Positions 11,884-25,700 of a stretch of 64,000 nt of DNA are shown here, piece after piece. The position numbers and the translations under genes were made by a program. Under the pieces are notes generated by a model that was given only the letters and a program-made list of their open reading frames with translations, searched no databases and was not told the origin of the DNA. Source of the stretch: Auanema rhodensis (lineage: Eukaryota > Animalia > Nematoda); the NCBI GenBank assembly GCA_964057225.1, contig OZ059898.1, positions 18,228,001-18,292,000 of the forward strand, read 5' to 3'. Each line of letters begins with the position of its first letter. Within the stretch, counting starts at the first letter, position 1.

Positions 11884-14800
11884 TTCTCAATGTAGTATAG
11901 TGCATTCGATGCGGATTTTTAAGCTGCGTCGATCTGTGTTATCAGATTTGCGCTAGCTTAAAAATGCACCGAGATATCAACTGATATAAGTTCACACTTA
12001 TTTCCTCGATTTTCACCCTGAAGAATTAATTTTTTCGTTGAATAACATTGTCCATCGTCTTTGCCTTGAAAAAAGGAATCTAAAAACATCTTCTTTTTGC
12101 TAAATTATTTTGAAATTTTTTGAAAAAATTTTTGTCAAAATGTTTTTGGAAGCAATGTTGAGTGTACATGGAAACTCAACATACACTAATGCATCATTTT
12201 TCAAACGATCATAACTAATTTTTGTATAAAGCGTTTCTCAATGTAGTATAGTGCATTCGATGCGGATTTTTAAGCTGCGTCGATCTGTATTATCAGATTT
12301 GCGCTAGCTTAAAAATGCACCGAGATATCAACTGATATAAGTTCACACTTATATCCTCGATTTTCACCCTGAAGAATTAATTTTTTTGTTGAATAACATT
12401 GTCCATCGTCTTTGCCTTGAAAAAAGGAATCTAAAAACATCTACATTTTGCTAAATTATTTTGAAATTTTTTGAAAAAATTTTTGTCAAAATGTTTTTGG
12501 AAGCAATGTTGAGTGTACATGGAAACTCAACATACACTAATGCATCATTTTTCAAACGATCATAACTAATTTTTGTATAAAGCGTTTCTCAATGTAGTAT
12601 AGTGCATTCGATGCGGATTTTTAAGCTGCGTCGATCTGTGTTATCAGAGTTGCGCTAGCTTAAAAATGCACCGAGATATCAACTGATATAAGTTCACACT
12701 TATATCCTCGATTTTCACCCTGAAGAATTAATTTTTTCGTTGAAAAACATTTTCCATCGTGTTTGCCTTGAAAAAAGGAATCTAAAAACATCTACTTTTT
12801 GCTAAATTATTTTGAAATTTTTCGAAAAAATTTTTGTCAAAATGTTTTTGGAAGCAATGTTGAGTGTACATGGAAACTCAACATACACTAATGCATCATT
12901 TTTCAAACGATCATAACTAATTTTTGTATTAAGCGTTTCTCAATGTAGTATAGTGCATTCGATGCGGATTTTTAAGCTGCGTCGATCTGTGTTATCAGAT
13001 TTGCGCTAGCTTAAAAATGCACCGAGATATCAACTGATATAAGTTCACACTTATTTCCTCGATTTTCACCCTGAAGAATTAATTTTTTCGTTGAATAACA
13101 TTGTCCATCGTCTTTGCCTTGAAAAAAGGAATCTAAAAACATCTACTTTTTGCTAAATTATTTTGAAATTTTTTGAAAAAATTTTTGTCAAAATGTTTTT
13201 GGAAGCAATGTTGAGTGTACATGGAAACTCAACATACACTAATGCATCATTTTTCAAACGATCATAACTAATTTTTGTATTAAGCGTTTCTCAATGTAGT
13301 ATAGTGCATTCGATGCGGATTTTTAAGCTGCGTCGATCTGTGTTATCAGATTTGCGCTAGCTTAAAAATGCACCGAGATATCAACTGATATAAGTTCACA
13401 CTTATATCCTCGATTTTCACCCTGAAGAATTAATTTTTTCGTTGAATAACATTGTCCATCGTCTTTGCCTTGAAAAAAGGAATCTAAAAACATCTACTTT
13501 TTGCTAAATTATTTTGAAATTTTTTGAAAAAATTTTTGTCAAAATGTTTTTGGAAGCAATGTTGAGTGTACATGGAAACTCAACATACACTAATGCATCA
13601 TTTTTCAAACGATCATAACTAATTTTTGTATTAAGCGTTTCTCAAAGTAGTATAGTGCATTCGATGCGGATTTTTAAGCTGCGTCGATCTGTGTTATCAG
13701 ATTTGCGCTAGCTTAAAAATGCACCGAGATATCAACTGATATAAGTTCACACTTATATCCTCGATTTTCACCCTGAAGAATTAATTTTTTTGTTGAATAA
13801 CATTGTCCATCGTCTTTGCCTTGAAAAAAGGAATCTAAAAACATCTACTTTTTGCTAAATTATTTTGAAATTTTTTGAAAAAATTTTTGTCAAAATGTTT
13901 TTGGAAGCAATGTTGAGTGTACATGGAAACTCAACATACACTAATGCATCATTTTTCAAACGATCATAACTAATTTTTGTATAAAGCGTTTTTCAATGTA
14001 GTATAGTGCATTCGATGCGGATTTTTAAGCTGCGTCGATCTGTGTTATCAGATTTGCGCTAGCTTAAAAATGCACCGAGATATCAACTGATATAAGTTCA
14101 CACTTATTTCCTCGATTTTCACCCTGAAGAATTAATTTTTTCGTTGAATAACATTGTCCATCGTCTTTGCCTTGAAAAAAGGAATCTAAAAACATCTACA
14201 TTTTGCTAAATTATTTTGAAATTTTTTGAAAAAATTTTTGTCAAAATGTTTTTGGAAGCAATGTTGAGTGTACATGGAAACTCAACATACACTAATGCAT
14301 CATTTTTCAAACGATCATAACTAATTTTTGTATAAAGCGTTTCTCAATGTAGTATAGTGCATTCGATGCGGATTTTTAAGCTGCGTCGATCTGTGTTATC
14401 AGATTTGCGCTAGCTTAAAAATGCACCGAGATATCAACTGATATAAGTTCACACTTATTTCCTCGATTTTCACCCTGAAGAATTAATTTTTTCGTTGAAT
14501 AACATTGTCCATCGTCTTTGCCTTGAAAAAAGGAATCTAAAAACATCTTCTTTTTGCTAAATTATTTTGAAATTTTTTGAAAAAATTTTTGTCAAAATGT
14601 TTTTGGAAGCAATGTTGAGTGTACATGGAAACTCAACATACACTAATGCATCATTTTTCAAACGATCATAACTAATTTTTGTATAAAGCGTTTCTCAATG
14701 TAGTATAGTGCATTCGATGCGGATTTTTAAGCTGCGTCGATCTGTATTATCAGATTTGCGCTAGCTTAAAAATGCACCGAGATATCAACTGATATAAGTT

Positions 14801-16797
14801 CACACTTATATCCTCGATTTTCACCCTGAAGAATTAATTTTTTTGTTGAATAACATTGTCCATCGTCTTTGCCTTGAAAAAAGGAATCTAAAAACATCTA
14901 CATTTTGCTAAATTATTTTGAAATTTTTTGAAAAAATTTTTGTCAAAATGTTTTTGGAAGCAATGTTGAGTGTACATGGAAACTCAACATACACTAATGC
15001 ATCATTTTTCAAACGATCATAACTAATTTTTGTATAAAGCGTTTCTCAATGTAGTATAGTGCATTCGATGCGGATTTTTAAGCTGCGTCGATCTGTGTTA
15101 TCAGAGTTGCGCTAGCTTAAAAATGCACCGAGATATCAACTGATATAAGTTCACACTTATATCCTCGATTTTCACCCTGAAGAATTAATTTTTTCGTTGA
15201 AAAACATTTTCCATCGTGTTTGCCTTGAAAAAAGGAATCTAAAAACATCTACTTTTTGCTAAATTATTTTGAAATTTTTCGAAAAAATTTTTGTCAAAAT
15301 GTTTTTGGAAGCAATGTTGAGTGTACATGGAAACTCAACATACACTAATGCATCATTTTTCAAACGATCATAACTAATTTTTGTATTAAGCGTTTCTCAA
15401 TGTAGTATAGTGCATTCGATGCGGATTTTTAAGCTGCGTCGATCTGTGTTATCAGATTTGCGCTAGCTTAAAAATGCACCGAGATATCAACTGATATAAG
15501 TTCACACTTATTTCCTCGATTTTCACCCTGAAGAATTAATTTTTTCGTTGAATAACATTGTCCATCGTCTTTGCCTTGAAAAAAGGAATCTAAAAACATC
15601 TACTTTTTGCTAAATTATTTTGAAATTTTTTGAAAAAATTTTTGTCAAAATGTTTTTGGAAGCAATGTTGAGTGTACATGGAAACTCAACATACACTAAT
15701 GCATCATTTTTCAAACGATCATAACTAATTTTTGTATTAAGCGTTTCTCAATGTAGTATAGTGCATTCGATGCGGATTTTTAAGCTGCGTCGATCTGTGT
15801 TATCAGATTTGCGCTAGCTTAAAAATGCACCGAGATATCAACTGATATAAGTTCACACTTATATCCTCGATTTTCACCCTGAAGAATTAATTTTTTCGTT
15901 GAATAACATTGTCCATCGTCTTTGCCTTGAAAAAAGGAATCTAAAAACATCTACTTTTTGCTAAATTATTTTGAAATTTTTTGAAAAAATTTTTGTCAAA
16001 ATGTTTTTGGAAGCAATGTTGAGTGTACATGGAAACTCAACATACACTAATGCATCATTTTTCAAACGATCATAACTAATTTTTGTATTAAGCGTTTCTC
16101 AAAGTAGTATAGTGCATTCGATGCGGATTTTTAAGCTGCGTCGATCTGTGTTATCAGATTTGCGCTAGCTTAAAAATGCACCGAGATATCAACTGATATA
16201 AGTTCACACTTATATCCTCGATTTTCACCCTGAAGAATTAATTTTTTTGTTGAATAACATTGTCCATCGTCTTTGCCTTGAAAAAAGGAATCTAAAAACA
16301 TCTACTTTTTGCTAAATTATTTTGAAATTTTTTGAAAAAATTTTTGTCAAAATGTTTTTGGAAGCAATGTTGAGTGTACATGGAAACTCAACATACACTA
16401 ATGCATCATTTTTCAAACGATCATAACTAATTTTTGTATAAAGCGTTTTTCAATGTAGTATAGTGCATTCGATGCGGATTTTTAAGCTGCGTCGATCTGT
16501 GTTATCAGATTTGCGCTAGCTTAAAAATGCACCGAGATATCAACTGATATAAGTTCACACTTATTTCCTCGATTTTCACCCTGAAGAATTAATTTTTTCG
16601 TTGAATAACATTGTCCATCGTCTTTGCCTTGAAAAAAGGAATCTAAAAACATCTTCTTTTTGCTAAATTATTTTGAAATTTTTTGAAAAAATTTTTGTCA
16701 AAATGTTTTCGGAAGCAATGTTGAGTGTACATGGAAACTCAACATACACTAATGCATCATTTTTCAAACGATCATAACTAATTTTTGTATAAAGCGT
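11884..16797. repeat. Near-perfect duplication of a 7-monomer unit (2457 bp)
   Basis: The G64 marker occurs at 12649 and 15106 (7x351 apart). The same order of monomer types appears in both halves, and only the 7th monomer differs at its 3' side. Confidence 0.8.
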
Positions 16798-19700
16798 TTC
16801 TCAATGTAGTATAGTGCATTCGATGCGGATTTTTAAGCTGCGTCGATCTGTATTATCAGATTTGCGCTAGCTTAAAAATGCACCGAGATATCAACTGATA
16901 TAAGTTCACACTTATATCCTCGATTTTCACCCTGAAGAATTAATTTTTTTGTTGAATAACATTGTCCATCGTCTTTGCCTTGAAAAAAGGAATCTAAAAA
17001 CATCTACATTTTGCTAAATTATTTTGAAATTTTTTGAAAAAATTTTTGTCAAAATGTTTTTGGAAGCAATGTTGAGTGTACATGGAAACTCAACATACAC
17101 TAATGCATCATTTTTCAAACGATCATAACTAATTTTTGTATAAAGCGTTTCTCAATGTAGTATAGTGCATTCGATGCGGATTTTTAAGCTGCGTCGATCT
17201 GTGTTATCAGAGTTGCGCTAGCTTAAAAATGCACCGAGATATCAACTGATATAAGTTCACACTTATATCCTCGATTTTCACCCTGAAGAATTAATTTTTT
17301 CGTTGAAAAACATTTTCCATCGTGTTTGCCTTGAAAAAAGGAATCTAAAAACATCTACTTTTTGCTAAATTATTTTGAAATTTTTCGAAAAAATTTTTGT
17401 CAAAATGTTTTTGGAAGCAATGTTGAGTGTACATGGAAACTCAACATACACTAATGCATCATTTTTCAAACGATCATAACTAATTTTTGTATTAAGCGTT
17501 TCTCAATGTAGTATAGTGCATTCGATGCGGATTTTTAAGCTGCGTCGATCTGTGTTATCAGATTTGCGCTAGCTTAAAAATGCACCGAGATATCAACTGA
17601 TATAAGTTCACACTTATTTCCTCGATTTTCACCCTGAAGAATTAATTTTTTCGTTGAATAACATTGTCCATCGTCTTTGCCTTGAAAAAAGGAATCTAAA
17701 AACATCTACTTTTTGCTAAATTATTTTGAAATTTTTTGAAAAAATTTTTGTCAAAATGTTTTTGGAAGCAATGTTGAGTGTACATGGAAACTCAACATAC
17801 ACTAATGCATCATTTTTCAAACGATCATAACTAATTTTTGTATAAAGCGTTTTTCAATGTAGTATAGTGCATTCGATGCGGATTTTTAAGCTGCGTCGAT
17901 CTGTGTTATCAGATTTGCGCTAGCTTAAAAATGCACCGAGATATCAACTGATATAAGTTCACACTTATTTCCTCGATTTTCACCCTGAAGAATTAATTTT
18001 TTCGTTGAATAACATTGTCCATCGTCTTTGCCTTGAAAAAAGGAATCTAAAAACATCTTCTTTTTGCTAAATTATTTTGAAATTTTTTGAAAAAATTTTT
18101 GTCAAAATGTTTTCGGAAGCAATGTTGAGTGTACATGGAAACTCAACATACACTAATGCATCATTTTTCAAACGATCATAACTAATTTTTGTATAAAGCG
18201 TTTCTCAATGTAGTATAGTGCATTCGATGCGGATTTTTAAGCTGCGTCGATCTGTATTATCAGATTTGCGCTAGCTTAAAAATGCACCGAGATATCAACT
18301 GATATAAGTTCACACTTATATCCTCGATTTTCACCCTGAAGAATTAATTTTTTTGTTGAATAACATTGTCCATCGTCTTTGCCTTGAAAAAAGGAATCTA
18401 AAAACATCTACATTTTGCTAAATTATTTTGAAATTTTTTGAAAAAATTTTTGTCAAAATGTTTTTGGAAGCAATGTTGAGTGTACATGGAAACTCAACAT
18501 ACACTAATGCATCATTTTTCAAACGATCATAACTAATTTTTGTATAAAGCGTTTCTCAATGTAGTATAGTGCATTCGATGCGGATTTTTAAGCTGCGTCG
18601 ATCTGTGTTATCAGAGTTGCGCTAGCTTAAAAATGCACCGAGATATCAACTGATATAAGTTCACACTTATATCCTCGATTTTCACCCTGAAGAATTAATT
18701 TTTTCGTTGAAAAACATTTTCCATCGTGTTTGCCTTGAAAAAAGGAATCTAAAAACATCTACTTTTTGCTAAATTATTTTGAAATTTTTCGAAAAAATTT
18801 TTGTCAAAATGTTTTTGGAAGCAATGTTGAGTGTACATGGAAACTCAACATACACTAATGCATCATTTTTCAAACGATCATAACTAATTTTTGTATTAAG
18901 CGTTTCTCAATGTAGTATAGTGCATTCGATGCGGATTTTTAAGCTGCGTCGATCTGTGTTATCAGATTTGCGCTAGCTTAAAAATGCACCGAGATATCAA
19001 CTGATATAAGTTCACACTTATATCCTCGATTTTCACCCTGAAGAATTAATTTTTTCGTTGAATAACATTGTCCATCGTCTTTGCCTTGAAAAAAGGAATC
19101 TAAAAACATCTACTTTTTGCTAAATTATTTTGAAATTTTTTGAAAAAATTTTTGTCAAAATGTTTTTGGAAGCAATGTTGAGTGTACATGGAAACTCAAC
19201 ATACACTAATGCATCATTTTTCAAACGATCATAACTAATTTTTGTATTAAGCGTTTCTCAAAGTAGTATAGTGCATTCGATGCGGATTTTTAAGCTGCGT
19301 CGATCTGTGTTATCAGATTTGCGCTAGCTTAAAAATGCACCGAGATATCAACTGATATAAGTTCACACTTATATCCTCGATTTTCACCCTGAAGAATTAA
19401 TTTTTTTGTTGAATAACATTGTCCATCGTCTTTGCCTTGAAAAAAGGAATCTAAAAACATCTACTTTTTGCTGAATTATTTTGAAATTTTTTGAAAAAAT
19501 TTTTGTCAAAATGTTTTTGGAAGCAATGTTGAGTGTACATGGAAACTCAACATACACTAATGCATCATTTTTCAAACGATCATAACTAATTTTTGTATAA
19601 AGCGTTTTTCAATGTAGTATAGTGCATTCGATGCGGATTTTTAAGCTGCGTCGATCTGTGTTATCAGATTTGCGCTAGCTTAAAAATGCACCGAGATATC

Positions 19701-22700
19701 AACTGATATAAGTTCACACTTATATCCTCGATTTTCACCCTGAAGAATTAATTTTTTCGTTGAATAACATTGTCCATCGTCTTTGCCTTGAAAAAAGGAA
19801 TCTAAAAACATCTTCTTTTTGCTAAATTATTTTGAAATTTTTTGAAAAAATTTTTGTCAAAATGTTTTTGGAAGCAATGTTGAGTGTACATGGAAACTCA
19901 ACATACACTAATGCATCATTTTTCAAACGATCATAACTAATTTTTGTATAAAGCGTTTCTCAATGTAGTATAGTGCATTCGATGCGGATTTTTAAGCTGC
20001 GTCGATCTGTGTTATCAGATTTGCGCTAGCTTAAAAATGCACCGAGATATCAACTGATATAAGTTCACACTTATTTCCTCGATTTTCACCCTGAAGAATT
20101 AATTTTTTCGTTGAATAACATTGTCCATCGTCTTTGCCTTGAAAAAAGGAATCTAAAAACATCTACTTTTTGCTAAATTATTTTGAAATTTTTTGAAAAA
20201 ATTTTTGTCAAAATGTTTTTGGAAGCAATGTTGAGTGTACATGGAAACTCAACATACACTAATGCATCATTTTTCAAACGATCATAACTAATTTTTGTAT
20301 TAAGCGTTTCTCAATGTAGTATAGTGCATTCGATGCGGATTTTTAAGCTGCGTCGATCTGTGTTATCAGATTTGCGCTAGCTTAAAAATGCACCGAGATA
20401 TCAACTGATATAAGTTCACACTTATATCCTCGATTTTCACCCTGAAGAATTAATTTTTTCGTTGAATAACATTGTCCATCGTCTTTGCCTTGAGAAAAGG
20501 AATCTAAAAACATCTACTTTTTGCTAAATTATTTTGAAATTTTTTGAAAAAATTTTTGTCAAAATGTTTTTGGAAGCAATGTTGAGTGTACATGGAAACT
20601 CAACATACACTAATGCATCATTTTTCAAACGATCATAACTAATTTTTGTATTAAGCGTTTCTCAAAGTAGTATAGTGCATTCGATGCGGATTTTTAAGCT
20701 GCGTCGATCTGTGTTATCAGATTTGCGCTAGCTTAAAAATGCACCGAGATATCAACTGATATAAGTTCACACTTATATCCTCGATTTTCACCCTGAAGAA
20801 TTAATTTTTTTGTTGAATAACATTGTCCATCGTCTTTGCCTTGAAAAAAGGAATCTAAAAACATCTACTTTTTGCTAAATTATTTTGAAATTTTTTGAAA
20901 AAATTTTTGTCAAAATGTTTTTGGAAGCAATGTTGAGTGTACATGGAAACTCAACATACACTAATGCATCATTTTTCAAACGATCATAACTAATTTTTGT
21001 ATTAAGCGTTTCTCAATGTAGTATAGTGCATTCGATGCGGATTTTTAAGCTGCGTCGATCTGTGTTATCAGATTTGCGCTAGCTTAAAAATGCACCGAGA
21101 TATCAACTGATATAAGTTCACACTTATATCCTCGATTTTCACCCTGAAGAATTAGTTTTTTTGTTGAATAACATTGTCCATCTTCTTTGCCTTGAAAAAA
21201 GGAATCTAAAAACATCTTCTTTTTGCTAAATTATTCTGAAATTTTTTGAAAAAATTTTTGTCAAAATGTTTTTGGAAGCAATGTTGAGTGTACATGGAAA
21301 CTCAACATACACTAATGCATCATTTTTCAAACGATCATAACTAATTTTTGTATTAAGCGTTTCTCAATGTAGTATAGTGCATTCGATGCGGATTTTTAAG
21401 CTGCGTCGATCTGTGTTATCAGATTTGCGCTAGCTTAAAAATGCACCGAGATATCAACTGATATAAGTTCACACTTATATCCTCGATTTTCACCCTGAAG
21501 AATTAATTTTTTCGTTGAATAACATTGTCCATCGTCTTTGCCTTGAAAAAAGGAATCTAAAAACATCTACTTTTTGCTAAATTATTTTGAAATTTTTTGA
21601 AAAAATTTTTGTCAAAATGTTTTTGGAAGCAATGTTGAGTGTACATGGAAACTCAACATACACTAATGCATCATTTTTCAAACGATCATAACTAATTTTT
21701 GTATAAAGCGTTTCTCAAAGTAGTATAGTGCATTCGATGCGGATTTTTAAGCTGCGTCGATCTGTGTTATCAGATTTGCGCTAGCTTAAAAATGCACCGA
21801 GATATCAACTGATATAAGTTCACACTTATATCCTCGATTTTCACCCTGAAGAATTAATTTTTTCGTTGAATAACATTGTCCATCTTCTTTGCCTTGAAAA
21901 AAGGAATCTAAAAACATCTTCTTTTTGCTAAATTATTTTGAAATTTTTTGAAAAAATTTTTGTCAAAATGTTTTTGGAAGCAATGTTGAGTGTACATGGA
22001 AACTCAACATACACTAATGCATCATTTTTCAAACGATCATAACTAATTTTTGTATAAAGCGTTTCTCAATGTAGTATAGTGCATTCGATGCGGATTTTTA
22101 AGCTGCGTCGATCTGTGTTATCAGATTTGCGCTAGCTTAAAAATGCACCGAGATATCAACTGATATAAGTTCACACTTATTTCCTCGATTTTCACCCTGA
22201 AGAATTAATTTTTTCGTTGAATAACATTGTCCATCGTCTTTGCCTTGAAAAAAGGAATCTAAAAACATCTACTTTTTGCTAAATTATTTTGAAATTTTTT
22301 GAAAAAATTTTTGTCAAAATGTTTTTGGAAGCAATGTTGAGTGTACATGGAAACTCAACATACACTAATGCATCATTTTTCAAACGATCATAACTAATTT
22401 TTGTATTAAGCGTTTCTCAATGTAGTATAGTGCATTCGATGCGGATTTTTAAGCTGCGTCGATCTGTGTTATCAGATTTGCGCTAGCTTAAAAATGCACC
22501 GAGACATCAACTGATATAAGTTCACACTTATATCCTCGATTTTCACCCTGAAGAAATAATTTTTTCGTTGAATAACATTGTCCATCGTCTTTGCCTTGAA
22601 AAAAGGAATCTAAAAACATCTACTTTTTGCTAAATTATTTTGAAATTTTTCGAAAAAATTTTTGTCAAAATGTTTTTGGAAGCAATGTTGAGTGTACATG

Positions 22701-25700
22701 GAAACTCAACATACACTAATGCATTATTTTTCAAACGATCATAACTAATTTTTGTATTAAGCGTTTCTCAATGTAGTATATTGCATTCGATGCGGATTTT
22801 TAAGCTGCGTCGATCTGTGTTATCAGATTTGCGCTAGCTTAAAAATGCACCAAGATATCAACTGATATAAGTTCACACTTATATCCTCGATTTTCACCCT
22901 GAAGAATTAATTTTTTCGTTGAAAAACATTTTCCATCGTGTTTGCCTTGAAAAAGGGAATCTAAAAACATCTACTTTTTGCTAAATTATTTTGAAATTTT
23001 TCGAAAAAATTTTTGTCAAAATGTTTTTGGAAGCAATGTTGAGTGTACATGGAAACTCAACATACACTAATGCATCATTTTTCAAACGATCATAACTAAT
23101 TTTTGTATAAAGCGTTTCTCAATGTAGTATAGTGCATTCGATGCGGATTTTTAAGCTGCGTCGATCTGTGTTATCAGATTTGCGCTAGCTTAAAAATGCA
23201 CCGAGATATCAACTGATATAAGTTCACACTTATTTCCTCGATTTTCACCCTGAAGAATTAATTTTTTCGTTGAATAACATTGTCCATCGTCTTTGCCTTG
23301 AAAAAAGGAATCTAAAAACATCTTCTTTTTGCTAAATTATTTTGAAATTTTTTGAAAAAATTTTTGTCAAAATGTTTTTGGAAGCAATGTTGAGTGTACA
23401 TGGAAACTCAACATACACTAATGCATCATTTTTCAAACGATCATAACTAATTTTTGTATAAAGCGTTTCTCAATGTAGTATAGTGCATTCGATGCGGATT
23501 TTTAAGCTGCGTCGATCTGTGTTATCAGATTTGCGCTAGCTTAAAAATGCACCGAGATATCAACTGATATAAGTTCACACTTATTTCCTCGATTTTCACC
23601 CTGAAGAATTAATTTTTTCGTTGAATAACATTGTCCATCGTCTTTGCCTTGAAAAAAGGAATCTAAAAACATCTACTTTTTGCTAAATTATTTTGAAATT
23701 TTTTGAAAAAATTTTTGTCAAAATGTTTTTGGAAGCAATGTTGAGTGTACATGGAAACTCAACATACACTAATGCATCATTTTTCAAACGATCATAACTA
23801 ATTTTTGTATAAAGCGTTTCTCAATGTAGTATAGTGCATTCGATGCGGATTTTTAAGCTGCGTCGATCTGTGTTATCAGATTTGCGCTAGCTTAAAAATG
23901 CACCGAGATATCAACTGATATAAGTTCACACTTATTTCCTCGATTTTCACCCTGAAGAATTAATTTTTTCGTTGAATAACATTGTCCATCGTCTTTGCCT
24001 TGAAAAAAGGAATCTAAAAACATCTACTTTTTGCTAAATTATTTTGAAATTTTTTGAAAAAATTTTTGTCAAAATGTTTTTGGAAGCAATGTTGAGTGTA
24101 CATGGAAACTCAACATACACTAATGCATCATTTTTCAAACGATCATAACTAATTTTTGTATAAAGCGTTTCTCAATGTAGTATAGTGCATTCGATGCGGA
24201 TTTTTAAGCTGCGTCGATCTGTGTTATCAGATTTGCGCTAGCTTAAAAATGCACCGAGATATCAACTGATATAAGTTCACACTTATTTCCTCGATTTTCA
24301 CCCTGAAGAATTAATTTTTTCGTTGAATAACATTGTCCATCGTCTTTGCCTTGAAAAAAGGAATCTAAAAACATCTACTTTTTGCTAAATTATTTTGAAA
24401 TTTTTTGAAAAAATTTTTGTCAAAATGTTTTTGGAAGCAATGTTGAGTGTACATGGAAACTCAACATACACTAATGCATCATTTTTCAAACGATCATAAC
24501 TAATTTTTGTATTAAGCGTTTCTCAATGTAGTATAGTGCATTCGATGCGGATTTTTAAGCTGCGTCGATCTGTGTTATCAGATTTGCGCTAGCTTAAAAA
24601 TGCACCGAGACATCAACTGATATAAGTTCACACTTATATCCTCGATTTTCACCCTGAAGAAATAATTTTTTCGTTGAATAACATTGTCCATCATCTTTGC
24701 CTTGAAAAAAGGAATCTAAAAACATCTACTTTTTGCTAAATTATTTTGAAATTTTTCGAAAAAATTTTTGTCAAAATGTTTTTGGAAGCAATGTTGAGTG
24801 TACATGGAAACTCAACATACACTAATGCATTATTTTTCAAACGATCATAACTAATTTTTGTATTAAGCGTTTTTCAATGTAGTATAGTGCATTCGATGCG
24901 GATTTTTAAGCTGCGTCGATCTGTGTTATCAGATTTGCGCTAGCTTAAAAATGCACCGAGATATCAACTGATATAAGTTCACACTTATTTCCTCGATTTT
25001 CACCCTGAAGAATTAATTTTTTCGTTGAATAACATTGTCCATCGTCTTTGCCTTGAAAAAAGGAATCTAAAAACATCTTCTTTTTGCTAAATTATTTTGA
25101 AATTTTTTGAAAAAATTTTTGTCAAAATGTTTTTGGAAGCAATGTTGAGTGTACATGGAAACTCAACATACACTAATGCATCATTTTTCAAACGATCATA
25201 ACTAATTTTTGTATAAAGCGTTTCTCAATGTAGTATAGTGCATTCGATGCGGATTTTTAAGCTGCGTCGATCTGTGTTATCAGATTTGCGCTAGCTTAAA
25301 AATGCACCGAGACATCAACTGATATAAGTTCACACTTATATCCTCGATTTTCACCCTGAAGAATTAATTTTTTCGTTGAAAAACATTTTCCATCGTCTTT
25401 GCCTTGAAAAAAGGAATCTAAAAACATCTTCTTTTTGCTAAATTATTTTGAAATTTTTTGAAAAAATTTTTGTCAAAATGTTTTTGGAAGCAATGTTGAG
25501 TGTACATGGAAACTCAACATACACTAATGCATCATTTTTCAAACGATCATAACTAATTTTTGTATAAAGCGTTTCTCAATGTAGTATAGTGCATTCGATG
25601 CGGATTTTTAAGCTGCGTCGATCTGTGTTATCAGATTTGCGCTAGCTTAAAAATGCACCGAGACATCAACTGATATAAGTTCACACTTATATCCTCGATT

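Noticed and set aside
19384-19575. 63-aa minus-strand ORF
   Set aside because: It exists only because a singleton SNP (19473) turns the consensus TAG into CAG. The same frame is interrupted in the other copies. The K/F/N/I-rich translation reflects A/T tracts, and I recognise no domain.
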